Source of the DNA: Syntrophobacteraceae bacterium
GTDB lineage: Bacteria; Desulfobacterota; Syntrophobacteria; Syntrophobacterales; Syntrophobacteraceae
Direction: 5' to 3'
DNA: 49,593 bases
Assembly: GCA_017881795.1 (NCBI GenBank)
Contig: JADGQM010000001.1
Span: 1 to 49,593 of the forward strand
Each line of letters begins with the position of its first letter. The first letter of the stretch is position 1. Position numbers and translations under genes: made by a program. The notes below the pieces were generated by a model. It was not told the origin of the DNA. It worked only from the letters and a program-made list of their open reading frames with translations, and did not search any database. Of this stretch, positions 15,798 to 25,098 are shown piece by piece.

Positions 15798-18700
15798 ATG
15801 GCAAGGTGGAGAAAAATAGTCTTATGGTTTGCCGGTATCGTCTCACTATTATTAATCCTGCTCTTGTCTTTTAACTTCATCCTTATCCGAAGCAGCCTTT
15901 CTGAAATTCTGAAAGCAAAGCTGCTCGCGAAAGTCTACGAAAACAGTGCATGCCAGGCCGATTTTGAAAAACTCGACATCTTCCTCTTTCCGACGCCGCA
16001 CGCGGTTGCCTCTGGCGTGATGATCGGGGTTCCTGGAAGGCTTTCCGGGACGGTAAAGTCGTTGACAATCGTTCCCAGAATCCTGCCGCTCTTTGCTGGT
16101 CGTGTAGAATTGGCAAAACTTCGGCTCAGCTCACTCCAGATGGAAATCACCATTCCCGATGTTGCTGAACCCGACCATCCTCCCGAGACGCCCCCGGCAA
16201 TGCTTGGAGAAGAACTCCTGGGAAGCAACGCTACTACTCAACCCTCGGGCCCCAGCACTCGGGGCTCTTCCCTGACCAACGCGTGGCAGGCCCAACCCCT
16301 CTCCCTGTCGCACCCTGAGGCAAGTCTGCTGCCGGTTTTGGCATTGCTGACCGAAAAAGCGCCAGGACTGCACCTCCAAATTGAGCAAGGGAGCCTTGAC
16401 ATCGTTAACAAAACGCGGCCCCTGATTGTATTACGGGAGCTTTCTGCTGCCATTTCGCTTCCCCCCAGCCACCTTAGCGCAAAGATCGAATGCAAGTCCG
16501 ATCAATGGGAAAAGCTCGCAATAGATGGCTGGTTTGATCCCAGAGCGTCGAGAAGCAAGGGCCGCATCATTGTGGATCATTTCCGATCTCAGGAGCTCGG
16601 CGCCTATCTCCCCTCCACCATGCCAAAGCCTGTGGATGAATCACCGATTGACCTGGATCTCTCGTTCGCGAGCGAAGGTCCCGGGGTTCTCAGCGCTGCT
16701 TTTCAAGCCTCCAGTCCATCACTGACACTCCAAGCGGGACACGGAAAGTCCCTTATCAGTAAGCTATTGCTTGAAGGCACGCTGCAAATGGCGGCTGGTA
16801 AACTCGAAATGAACATATCCGGACTCCATGCCGAAAATCCACAGCTCAGCCTCACCGGTCAGTTCTTGCTCCGCCCGGAAATCCCTGAGACCAGCTACCA
16901 CTTCGAAGGCCGAAATATCGACGCAGCATCGGTGCGTGAAGCAGCGCTGACCCTTGCCGGAGAAAACCAGGATGTGCAGGATGTCTTTGAAATCATACGA
17001 GGAGGTAAAGTCCCACAGGTGATTTTTGAGGCGCGAGGGGCATCCGTCGCAGATCTGCAGAAGGCCGAGAACCTCTTCGTAAATGGTAGTCTTCAGGAAG
17101 GTGAGGTATTCATACCCGAGGTCAAGTTGAGGGTGAATGACGTTTTTGGGAATGTTGTCATCTCCCATGGCATCCTCGAAGGGAAAAACCTTCAGGGCAG
17201 AACCGACGGCTCGACAGGCCGCAAGGGATCGTTGACGGTGGCTCTGACCGATGATAATGGCCCTTTCCACCTGGATATCGAGATCGATGCTGACCTTTCA
17301 CAACTCCCCCCGGTTCTCACGCGTGTGGTGACTGATGAAGCATTCTTGAGAGAGCTCGCGCGCGTGCGAAAGCTCTCCGGCAGAGCCAAGGGAAGACTGA
17401 TTCTGGGTGAGACTCTGAACGCGGTTGAAACCAGGGTCGAGGTCGACGAATGCAGCCTAAAAGGTCGCTACCAGCCCTTTCCTTTTCCTCTGGAGATCAA
17501 AGCCGGCGCACTCCTTTACGAAGGTTCCACCCTCGCTGTAAGATCTCTCCAGGGTCGCGTCGGCAAATCCGAGTTGTTTGATGTCTCGGGTTCTTTGAAT
17601 TGGGGCCAAGGGCTTGATCTCGAACTGGCATCTTCCACCAAAGCGCGGGTCTCCCTGGATGAGTTTTTCCCGTGGTTGATGACCCTTCCGGGGGCAGGCA
17701 ACAATCGCTGGAACGTTCAATCCCTGGGAGGGACCCTCTGGATCGACTCACTGGCTTTCAGTGGGCTCCTCTCGCGTCCCGGCGACTGGCGCTTTATGGC
17801 GAATTGTCGGATTGAAGAACTGGCGGCCGGTTCGAGTCTCCTCCCTGATGCACTGCACGTCAAGACGGGAGTGATTGTTGCAAACCCGCAAAGCCTGGAG
17901 GTTGCAAACTGTAACTTGACGTGTCTCGACGCCTCGTTGGACGCCTCCGGCCAGGTTACCGGGTATATGACAGAACCGCAAGCTGCTGATTTCACCTTTC
18001 GCGGCGAGATCGGAGCGCAAGCCAGTGAATGGCTATCAAACCTCTTTCACCTGCCACGTGACCTCCGCGTGCGCCCTCCCCTCTCCACTTCACAGACCCA
18101 TGTTATCTGGGCAAGAAAGGCGCCTACCCGCCTTTCCAGCGTTTTTCGCGTAAACGAAGGACCGGAAGTCACAATGGATGCAATCCTGGGAGCACAAGAA
18201 CTCTCCATAAATTCGTTGACCATTGCGGATCAAGAATCCAAGGCCACGCTCTCCCTCAGCATCCAGGAAGGCGCCTTTGGCATTGGCTTCAAGGGGAATT
18301 TGCGTAGCGGGACCATGGACCGACTTTTTATCAAGAACCAGCTATTCGGCGGATCGCTGACCGGAGATCTGACCGTTCAGGTTATTCCAAACCGACTGCC
18401 AAACTCAACGGCCACCGGAAAGCTCACGGTCAAGGACCTTTGGTACTCCCCGGAACAAGGAAAACCCTTAACCCTCCAGGACGCCTCGCTCGAAGCAAGC
18501 GGAAGCTCACTGGAGCTTAAAACAGCCACATTCCGCGTGCTGGATACGCTAATTGAGCTCAAGGGAAAAGCCGGTGTCGTGGAAGACCAGGTGCGTCTCG
18601 ATCTCGATCTTTTTGCCGACGGAATCGACTGGAGCCAATTGCAAGAAATCTATTCCCTGGAAAAGCTGGGAGGCGGATCTCCGGAAAGGACAGCCGATCG

Positions 18701-19544
18701 TGGAGTGATCCTTCGCGAGATGCCGGTTAGGGGGAATTTGAGAGTTCATGCCGGCTCCTTCACCTATGACGCCTACACATGGAAACCGCTTCAAGCCAAT
18801 CTCACCTTTGCCCAAGATGGGATCAACCTCGAAGTGAAAGAAGCCAGGCTTTGCACCATTCCAACACCGGCCTCGATGATTCCATCAGCTCAAGGTCCCG
18901 TTCTCATGATCAACCTGGATGCCAGGAATCTGGATTTAGACCCCACCCTTTCATGCCTTTGGGACAAAAAGGGGGTCCTCACCGGCTCTTTCGATCTGCA
19001 AGGAGAGATAACGGCAAAGGTGCAGCAAGAGAACATGAGTGAAACCCTGAAGGGCAGTCTGAACTTTGTCGCCCGCGATGGCCGGGTTTATCGATCAACC
19101 GTTTTGGCCAAGATTTTTGATCTCCTTAATTTCACCGAAGTCTATCGAGGAAGGCTTCCCGACCTGGCTCATGAAGGATGCGCTTACGACTCCATCAGGG
19201 CAACGGCAACTTTGAAAAACGGTAAGCTTCTGCTGAATGATGTCATTTTTGACGGCCGCTGCGCCAAGATGGTCGGGACGGGAGAGGTTGACCTGGCGAG
19301 CCAAAAGGTGAAATTCACAGTCCTGGTGTCACCGCTTAAAACCGTGGACACGGTAGTCCGCAATATTCCGCTGGTTGGCAGCCTCTTGGGCGGCTCCCTG
19401 GTCTCGATTCCAGTTAAGGTTACCGGCGACCTAAACGATCCCACCGTCGTCCCTCTTTCGCCTTCAGCGGTCGGCTCCGGATTGCTCGGCACCATGAAAC
19501 GGGTTTTTCGGCTCCCGTTCACGCTGACTCAGCCCCTAAAATAG
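15798..19544 (+). CDS. AsmA/YhdP-like large envelope-spanning protein
   Basis: It has one N-terminal TM helix (IVLWFAGIVSLLLILLLSF) followed by about 1200 aa of predicted beta-rich sequence. The C-terminal block LLNFTEVY...GKLLLNDVIFDG...M.G.GEVDL....V.F.V.V.PL..VD.VV..IPL.G is AsmA_2/YhdP-like. Confidence 0.75.
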   Translation: MARWRKIVLWFAGIVSLLLILLLSFNFILIRSSLSEILKAKLLAKVYENSACQADFEKLDIFLFPTPHAVASGVMIGVPGRLSGTVKSLTIVPRILPLFAGRVELAKLRLSSLQMEITIPDVAEPDHPPETPPAMLGEELLGSNATTQPSGPSTRGSSLTNAWQAQPLSLSHPEASLLPVLALLTEKAPGLHLQIEQGSLDIVNKTRPLIVLRELSAAISLPPSHLSAKIECKSDQWEKLAIDGWFDPRASRSKGRIIVDHFRSQELGAYLPSTMPKPVDESPIDLDLSFASEGPGVLSAAFQASSPSLTLQAGHGKSLISKLLLEGTLQMAAGKLEMNISGLHAENPQLSLTGQFLLRPEIPETSYHFEGRNIDAASVREAALTLAGENQDVQDVFEIIRGGKVPQVIFEARGASVADLQKAENLFVNGSLQEGEVFIPEVKLRVNDVFGNVVISHGILEGKNLQGRTDGSTGRKGSLTVALTDDNGPFHLDIEIDADLSQLPPVLTRVVTDEAFLRELARVRKLSGRAKGRLILGETLNAVETRVEVDECSLKGRYQPFPFPLEIKAGALLYEGSTLAVRSLQGRVGKSELFDVSGSLNWGQGLDLELASSTKARVSLDEFFPWLMTLPGAGNNRWNVQSLGGTLWIDSLAFSGLLSRPGDWRFMANCRIEELAAGSSLLPDALHVKTGVIVANPQSLEVANCNLTCLDASLDASGQVTGYMTEPQAADFTFRGEIGAQASEWLSNLFHLPRDLRVRPPLSTSQTHVIWARKAPTRLSSVFRVNEGPEVTMDAILGAQELSINSLTIADQESKATLSLSIQEGAFGIGFKGNLRSGTMDRLFIKNQLFGGSLTGDLTVQVIPNRLPNSTATGKLTVKDLWYSPEQGKPLTLQDASLEASGSSLELKTATFRVLDTLIELKGKAGVVEDQVRLDLDLFADGIDWSQLQEIYSLEKLGGGSPERTADRGVILREMPVRGNLRVHAGSFTYDAYTWKPLQANLTFAQDGINLEVKEARLCTIPTPASMIPSAQGPVLMINLDARNLDLDPTLSCLWDKKGVLTGSFDLQGEITAKVQQENMSETLKGSLNFVARDGRVYRSTVLAKIFDLLNFTEVYRGRLPDLAHEGCAYDSIRATATLKNGKLLLNDVIFDGRCAKMVGTGEVDLASQKVKFTVLVSPLKTVDTVVRNIPLVGSLLGGSLVSIPVKVTGDLNDPTVVPLSPSAVGSGLLGTMKRVFRLPFTLTQPLK

Positions 19545-19634
19545 AATTTGAATGAGCAAGAGACACGGTCGGATCGCCGAAGCTTGGTCTTCCTGATTAG
19601 GCCGCAGGCAAGAAAATACTTATCCGTGATATCC

Positions 19635-19667
19635 AGACCGACTCGGTTATTGAAACCGAGTCGGTCT
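19635..19667. other. Perfect 14-bp stem hairpin with a 5-nt loop
   Basis: agaccgactcggtt (19635-19648) and aaccgagtcggtct (19654-19667) are exact reverse complements. No U-tract follows on the plus strand. Confidence 0.9.
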
Positions 19668-19764
19668 CCCATCTTGGACGATTATTCATTGCCATGCGCC
19701 TTATTCCAAGCGATACCGAACACCATGCATTATCTTAGGTGAAATTTCTGAAGATTGGGCGCCA

Positions 19765-21957
19765 ATGGAGAGCATACGTTTTCGCATCAAGGGAATGTGC
19801 TGCGGCGAAGAGATGGCGCTGCTCAAGAGTGTGGTCGGACCGCTTGTCGGTGGCGAATCCCATCTCTCGTTCGACCTGCTAAGCGGCAAGATGACCATTC
19901 TGGCATCACCCGACAGGGTTGACGACGAGGCAATCAAAGCGGCAGTTGCCGGCACGGGTATGGAAGCCGTGTCGTGGGGCGACGCTTGTGGCGCGGGGCC
20001 CTGCCCGGTTCAAGAGGGCTGGTGGCAGCGCCACGGCAGGGCATACGCCTGTATTGCGAGCGCCCTGTTGATTCTGCTTGGGTTTGCAGCGGACGGTTAC
20101 CATCGGGAGAGTTTCATCGAAGCCCTTGTTCCAGGCGTTGAACACAGAGCGGATGCCTCTCCTGACGTCATCCTGATCTATCTGGGTGCGGTCGTTGCGG
20201 GAGGCTGGTTCATTTTTCCCCGGGCCTTATTTGCACTGCGAAAACTCAGGCCGGATATGAACCTGCTGATGGTCGTTGCCGCCTGTGGAGCCATGGCTCT
20301 TGGCCAGTGGCTCGAGGCCGCGTCCGTAACCTTCCTCTTTGCACTCGCCCTGTTGCTTGAATCCTGGAGCGTTGGTCGCGCTCGTTCGGCGATTAAGGCT
20401 TTGGTTGACATTTCTCCCACCACGGCGCGGTTTATTTGTCCCACGGACGGAGATCTGGAAGAAAAACCCATTGAAGAGGTGCCCGTCGGCGTCACGGTCC
20501 TGGTTCGACCCGGAGAAAAGGTCCCTTTGGACGGCATCGTTACGAAGGGCGCCACCTCGGTTGACCAGGCGCCGATTACGGGAGAATCTTTGCCCGTTTC
20601 AAAACAGGTTGGGGATGAGGTCTACGCGGGCACAATCAATGGTGAGGGAGCATTTGAATTCCGCACCACCAGGCCGGCTGCTGACACTACCCTGGCCCGC
20701 ATCATCCACATGGTCGAAGAGGCCCAATCCCGCCGCGCCCCCGTGGAGCAGTGGGTGGAAACCTTTGCCCGATATTACACTCCGGCCATGATGATGCTCT
20801 CGTTGCTGGTAGCTGTCGTGCCGCCTCTCGTTTTTGGCGGAGAATGGAAGTCCTGGCTCTACCAGGCGCTCGTTATTCTGGTCATCGCCTGTCCCTGTTC
20901 ATTGGTGATCTCAACCCCGGTAAGCATCGTCGCGGGCCTTACTACGGCAGCACGCCGGGGCGTTCTCATTAAGGGCGGGGCCTATCTTGAAGCGCCGGCT
21001 CATCTAAGAGGCATCGCCTTCGACAAGACGGGGACCCTCACCTACGGCCAGCCATTGGTCCAGACCATCATCCCCATGGATGATCATACCGTCGAAAAAC
21101 TGCTGACCCGCGCCGCGTCGCTCGAGTCTCACAGCACCCACCCCCTTGCCCGGGCTATTTTGTCGGCGGCTGAGTCAAGAGGGCTCGAAGTCGCCCCGGC
21201 AGACCACTTCACCCTCCTTCCGGGGCAAGGAGCACTCGGCGTCATTGAAAACAAGACTTACTGGGTTGGCAGCCATCGCCTGCTGGAACAATGGAACCAT
21301 GAGAGCGCGGAGCTCCATGCTACGGCCAGTTCGCTCGAAGACGCGGGGCACTCGCTGGTGATCATGTGGTGTGAAGATCATGTGTGTGGCCTGATGAGCG
21401 TTGCAGATAGCGTGCGCTCGGAGGCGCCATCGGTAATCAAGTCCCTGAAAGGCCTTGGTATCCATAGAATCGTGATGCTTACCGGTGACAATCAGCGCAC
21501 CGCTGAACAGGTCGCCGGTCTGGTGGGAATTGAGGAATACTACGCCGAATTGCTCCCGGAAGACAAAGTGCGAGTGGTGACGGAGATGAAAGAAAGTCTT
21601 GGGTGCATGGCCATGGTTGGCGACGGGGTGAACGACGCGCCGGCGATGGCGTCAGCGAGCGTCAGCATCGCCATGGGGGCGATGGGTTCGGATGCGGCAA
21701 TCGAGACCGCTGACATCGCGCTGATGTCCGATGATCTCTCGAAGCTCCCCTGGCTGGTCCGTCATTCTCGCAGAACTCTCGGCATCATCAAACAGAACAT
21801 CGTTTTTTCACTGGTGGTGAAGGGGGCCTTCATTGGCCTGGCGTTCGCCGGCATCGCCACCCTGTGGGGCGCTATCGCCGCCGATATGGGAGCATCCCTG
21901 CTGGTGATCTTCAATGGCTTGAGGCTGTTGTCTTCAGCGCGTGCTTCTTCGGAATAA
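19765..21957 (+). CDS. Heavy-metal translocating P1B-type ATPase, Zn/Cd/Pb-type signature
   Basis: It has an HMA-like N-domain (FRIKGMCCGEE) and a TM CPC motif (IACPCSLVIS), plus FDKTGTLT, GDGVNDAP, N-x7-K (NIVFSLVVK) and ADMG in the last two TM helices. Confidence 0.92.
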   Translation: MESIRFRIKGMCCGEEMALLKSVVGPLVGGESHLSFDLLSGKMTILASPDRVDDEAIKAAVAGTGMEAVSWGDACGAGPCPVQEGWWQRHGRAYACIASALLILLGFAADGYHRESFIEALVPGVEHRADASPDVILIYLGAVVAGGWFIFPRALFALRKLRPDMNLLMVVAACGAMALGQWLEAASVTFLFALALLLESWSVGRARSAIKALVDISPTTARFICPTDGDLEEKPIEEVPVGVTVLVRPGEKVPLDGIVTKGATSVDQAPITGESLPVSKQVGDEVYAGTINGEGAFEFRTTRPAADTTLARIIHMVEEAQSRRAPVEQWVETFARYYTPAMMMLSLLVAVVPPLVFGGEWKSWLYQALVILVIACPCSLVISTPVSIVAGLTTAARRGVLIKGGAYLEAPAHLRGIAFDKTGTLTYGQPLVQTIIPMDDHTVEKLLTRAASLESHSTHPLARAILSAAESRGLEVAPADHFTLLPGQGALGVIENKTYWVGSHRLLEQWNHESAELHATASSLEDAGHSLVIMWCEDHVCGLMSVADSVRSEAPSVIKSLKGLGIHRIVMLTGDNQRTAEQVAGLVGIEEYYAELLPEDKVRVVTEMKESLGCMAMVGDGVNDAPAMASASVSIAMGAMGSDAAIETADIALMSDDLSKLPWLVRHSRRTLGIIKQNIVFSLVVKGAFIGLAFAGIATLWGAIAADMGASLLVIFNGLRLLSSARASSE

Positions 21958-21985
21958 AGGAATCAGCTCATCAGATCAAAAGAAA

Positions 21986-23065
21986 TCATTCCTCGGCTGC
22001 CAGTTCGCTCTCGATCAGCTCCGCTTTGATCAGAGACAGCTCAGGATCGCTCTCCTGAAGCCGTTTCAAGCCCTGGCGATAGGCCTTCAGAGCGCTTTTG
22101 GTCTGGAGCTTTTGTTCTCCAAGATCTTTCGGGAGACGGTTCCTGGCCCACCTTGAAAGCACTTGTAGTTTGACCTCCAGTTCCATGGCCGGATGGTTGG
22201 TCACAAAGTCGACCAGGGCTGACCACTCGAGGGCGGAAGGCCCGCCCCACTGCTGTGCCAGTGCAAACAGACGATAACACATCAGGGCCGCTTCGCGCTC
22301 TTCTTCAGTCTGAAAATGACGGCCGCTGTAGACCCTCATCGCTTCTCTTCCCACCTGGCTGGTGAAGGCAAGATAGAACCAGCGGAGAAGATAGAAATAG
22401 CTCTCACGGCTGATTTCCTTCCCCGCCCAGTACAGCGGGTTGGCGAGATTCTTCAGGTTGAGCGCCCATCGGGCAATCCGGTACAGGTGCGGATTTCTCT
22501 TCAGAAGCTGCAGCACGGGATGGTCGTTGATTTTCCGATAGAGCTGGTAGTATCGCTGATAATCGCTCAACTTGCGATTGCCCAGGTACTTGAACGGGAT
22601 AACCACCCCCAACCGGCTCAACCTGGCGCTCACCCGCCGGACCAATTGGAGCAACTCGGTCAGGGAAGCTTCATACTGGGGGACCGCCGTTGCGGGATGG
22701 TAAGCCGCAGCGACGGATGTGACGATGCGAACGGCGCGCTGACTGAGGGCTTCAATGCTCAGCAGCAGTTCCGAATCCGGAATTTGCCAGACCTCACTTC
22801 GGAAACTTTTGATGAGATCCAAAGCCTGATGGTCTTTTTGATCGTATGGCGGAAGGACATCCAGATCGGCCTCATCCTCGTATTCCGCTTCCAGAAGCCG
22901 CTTCCATTTTCGTCTGAGCCACCATCGCACCGTGAGAAGGACAAGCAGGGTAACCAGCGTGGTAAGCAGGAAGAAAGCACTGATCCAATGCTGCTCAAAT
23001 AATTCGACAAAGGTTTGCCATCCCAGGTGGGTATTCATAACGGTGACCGGGGCAAAACCTGTCAA
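21986..23065 (-). CDS. Hypothetical membrane-anchored helical protein
   Basis: It has one N-terminal TM helix (ISAFFLLTTLVTLLVLLTV) and then about 300 aa of charged helical sequence with no family I recognise. The start is uncertain: TTG at 23065 overlaps the upstream stop, and an ATG lies at 23038. Confidence 0.55.
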   Translation of the reverse strand: MTGFAPVTVMNTHLGWQTFVELFEQHWISAFFLLTTLVTLLVLLTVRWWLRRKWKRLLEAEYEDEADLDVLPPYDQKDHQALDLIKSFRSEVWQIPDSELLLSIEALSQRAVRIVTSVAAAYHPATAVPQYEASLTELLQLVRRVSARLSRLGVVIPFKYLGNRKLSDYQRYYQLYRKINDHPVLQLLKRNPHLYRIARWALNLKNLANPLYWAGKEISRESYFYLLRWFYLAFTSQVGREAMRVYSGRHFQTEEEREAALMCYRLFALAQQWGGPSALEWSALVDFVTNHPAMELEVKLQVLSRWARNRLPKDLGEQKLQTKSALKAYRQGLKRLQESDPELSLIKAELIESELAAEE

Positions 23066-24234
23066 AACGGGACAGTCTGCCCGCCTCTTTCTCCGGTCAT
23101 ATGATCAGTACTCTCCTGCAGCTTTCCTTCCATCCAGCTCTTGAGGCGCGGGAGGGTGTCCGCTTCCCAGGCAGGACTCAAGCGTTTGTCGAGGAACAAT
23201 CCGTACAGCGTGTTCAAAGCGGACGAAACTTCTTCCAGAAAGTACATTTTCTCCAGGAACTTTCCTTCAGCGTCTTCATTGTCAAAATCCGGAAGTTGCT
23301 TGGGAGTCTTGAGACCCTTAACAGCCCAGAGAAAACTGTCCAAGGTCAGAAAGTATTCGTTATCCTGAATTCTCAGAAATAATTGCAGTTCGTCAACAAG
23401 CTTTCCCTGCTGAAGGGCCGTCCGCGCTTCATGGAGCGCGTTGGCCTGAGTGGTGCAAATCACCCGCTCTTTGCCGTCCGCCGGAAGGGTAAGAACCAGA
23501 CGTTCGCCAAGACTGACTTCAGCCTGGCGACCTTCGGTAAGCTTTATCGCACCATTTGCATTTTCTGTGAGGAACCAGAGCCAGGTTAAAAATTCATATC
23601 CCAGAGGCCGGCCATCATACATGGCCTGAGGAGAGCGGACGGAAACCATGGAAGTCAAAGCATCCTTCTGGCGCCCGTCCAGGGGCACGAGATTCAGTGC
23701 CCAGTGGACGTGATAAAGGGGGACCGGATACGTGTGGAAGTGTTTCTCAAAATGAGTCAGGAACGCATCGATCATTTTCGTACCCGTAGTACCCACGATC
23801 AGCCACTTTGCGACCGGGTTCCAAACCACTTCACAGCCAGAAGGTTTAGGCATCATCTGGTTCATCAACCAGTTTTGCACGTTTTCCTGGAGCTCCTGAC
23901 GCTCTTGCCGGGAAGGCCACCTGCCGTTGTTCTTGCTCCGATAATCCTCAACGTTGCGTCTGATGTATTGCTTTCTTATAATGGCAGGGACGGTTCGCTG
24001 GTCAACACGGAACTGAAAAGCGATATACTCACCCTTGTGGTAGGAAGCATCGGCAAAGGATGAATCAAAGAGGTCATCCCAGGAGACGAATCCCAGCGCT
24101 TGCTCCTGGCCCTCTTCGAGGTCTTTAAAGCTTCCCGCTCGCAGGTTCTCATCGATATAGCCCCAGAAATCCTCACTGACCACCTCGGGCACATGGAATC
24201 GGACAAAGGTTGCAGAAGCAGACTGAATGCCCAT
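23062..24234 (-). CDS. rdgC: RdgC-like recombination-associated protein
   Basis: It is collinear with the RdgC family. Matching blocks are GFVSWDD..., RTVPAIIRKQYI, and the 'Lxxr.fsk.s...vvwdp..g.lvv...s.k..d.fl..l.k' block (PSRQERQELQENVQNWLMNQMMPKPSGCEVVWNPVAKWLIVGTTGTKMIDAFLTHFEKHF). The ATG at 24234 follows GAGGTGA. Confidence 0.65.
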   Translation of the reverse strand: MGIQSASATFVRFHVPEVVSEDFWGYIDENLRAGSFKDLEEGQEQALGFVSWDDLFDSSFADASYHKGEYIAFQFRVDQRTVPAIIRKQYIRRNVEDYRSKNNGRWPSRQERQELQENVQNWLMNQMMPKPSGCEVVWNPVAKWLIVGTTGTKMIDAFLTHFEKHFHTYPVPLYHVHWALNLVPLDGRQKDALTSMVSVRSPQAMYDGRPLGYEFLTWLWFLTENANGAIKLTEGRQAEVSLGERLVLTLPADGKERVICTTQANALHEARTALQQGKLVDELQLFLRIQDNEYFLTLDSFLWAVKGLKTPKQLPDFDNEDAEGKFLEKMYFLEEVSSALNTLYGLFLDKRLSPAWEADTLPRLKSWMEGKLQESTDHMTGERGGQTVPF

Positions 24235-24261
24235 CAAAACTCACCTCTATAGTATTGATCT

Positions 24262-24402
24262 CTAACGTACAGTCGCCTTCATCCGTTTGGCGGGATGCAT
24301 GTGCGACTCCTGTTCCTTGCGGAGTAGCTTCTTCTTTTTCTCTTTTCGACGACGGCGGCGATCCAACTCTTTTTTTCTCTCAATCTTTTTGTGCTTTGCC
24401 AT
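24262..24402 (-). CDS. Small ultra-basic protein (46 aa, 22 Lys/Arg)
   Basis: AGGAGG lies 10 nt upstream of the ATG at 24402. The sequence is MAKHKKIERKKELDRRRRRKEKKKKLLRKEQESHMHPAKRMKATVR. It ends 27 nt before the rdgC-like start. Confidence 0.5.
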   Translation of the reverse strand: MAKHKKIERKKELDRRRRRKEKKKKLLRKEQESHMHPAKRMKATVR

Positions 24403-24529
24403 AAGACAGGCTCCTCCTGGTAATCGGTTCATAATGAAATAAGAAAGCCGGAAACAAACCAGCCACTCCTCTAATGAAAACAACTGCGGCAGTCAACGAC
24501 AAAAGCTCTCATCTGCTTCATATCACCGT

Positions 24530-24985
24530 TCAGAACTTCACCGTTCTGACAATCATTTCATATTCCTGGATTTCTTCCGGGGTCATCTCCCGGCGGAGCA
24601 GCTTGCGGTTGACCAGAATCGGGCATTTCTGATGGAGCGCCAAAGCCACCGCATCACTGGGACGGCTATCGAAAGTAACCTCTTTCCCTTGAATGCTGGC
24701 ATAGACTGTTGCGTAATAAGTGTTCTCCTGCATTTCGTGGATTTCAATACGGTCAAAAACCACCCCTGCATCATTCAGCATGGAGAGATACAAATCATGA
24801 GTCAGGGGCCGCTTTGGCTCCACGAGTCCCTTTTCCTTGGCGATTGCAGTGATCTCAGCATCCCCGACGAACATTAGAAAGTACTGAGAATCCTCTTCGG
24901 ATTCCTTTAAAATCACCATATTGCCTTGAATACGGTCGGTCTTGATCAAGACTTCTTTGGTTTCCACAAAATCCTTTGAGCTCAT
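24530..24985 (-). CDS. Bifunctional nuclease (BFN/DUF151) family protein
   Basis: Blocks typical of DUF151: ...FLMFVGDAEITAIA....G...KRPLTHDL....L...G.....I.I.......YYA.V........V.FDSRPSDAVALAL...CPI.V. Confidence 0.8.
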   Translation of the reverse strand: MSSKDFVETKEVLIKTDRIQGNMVILKESEEDSQYFLMFVGDAEITAIAKEKGLVEPKRPLTHDLYLSMLNDAGVVFDRIEIHEMQENTYYATVYASIQGKEVTFDSRPSDAVALALHQKCPILVNRKLLRREMTPEEIQEYEMIVRTVKF

Positions 24986-25098
24986 CCTCGCCTCCTGTAG
25001 ATTAACCGGATCTATGATACGCCCACGAAATGTAATTTAAGGCATTTTTTCAAGAAGTCAGCACTTTCAAAATAGTCGTGAATCGTGAAGATACAAGC

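Noticed and set aside
15374-15846. Short ORFs over and around tmRNA: 15374-15598(+), 15459-15668(-), 15543-15785(+) and 15622-15846(-)
   Set aside because: They overlap ssrA or its promoter region and have no RBS or recognisable sequence.
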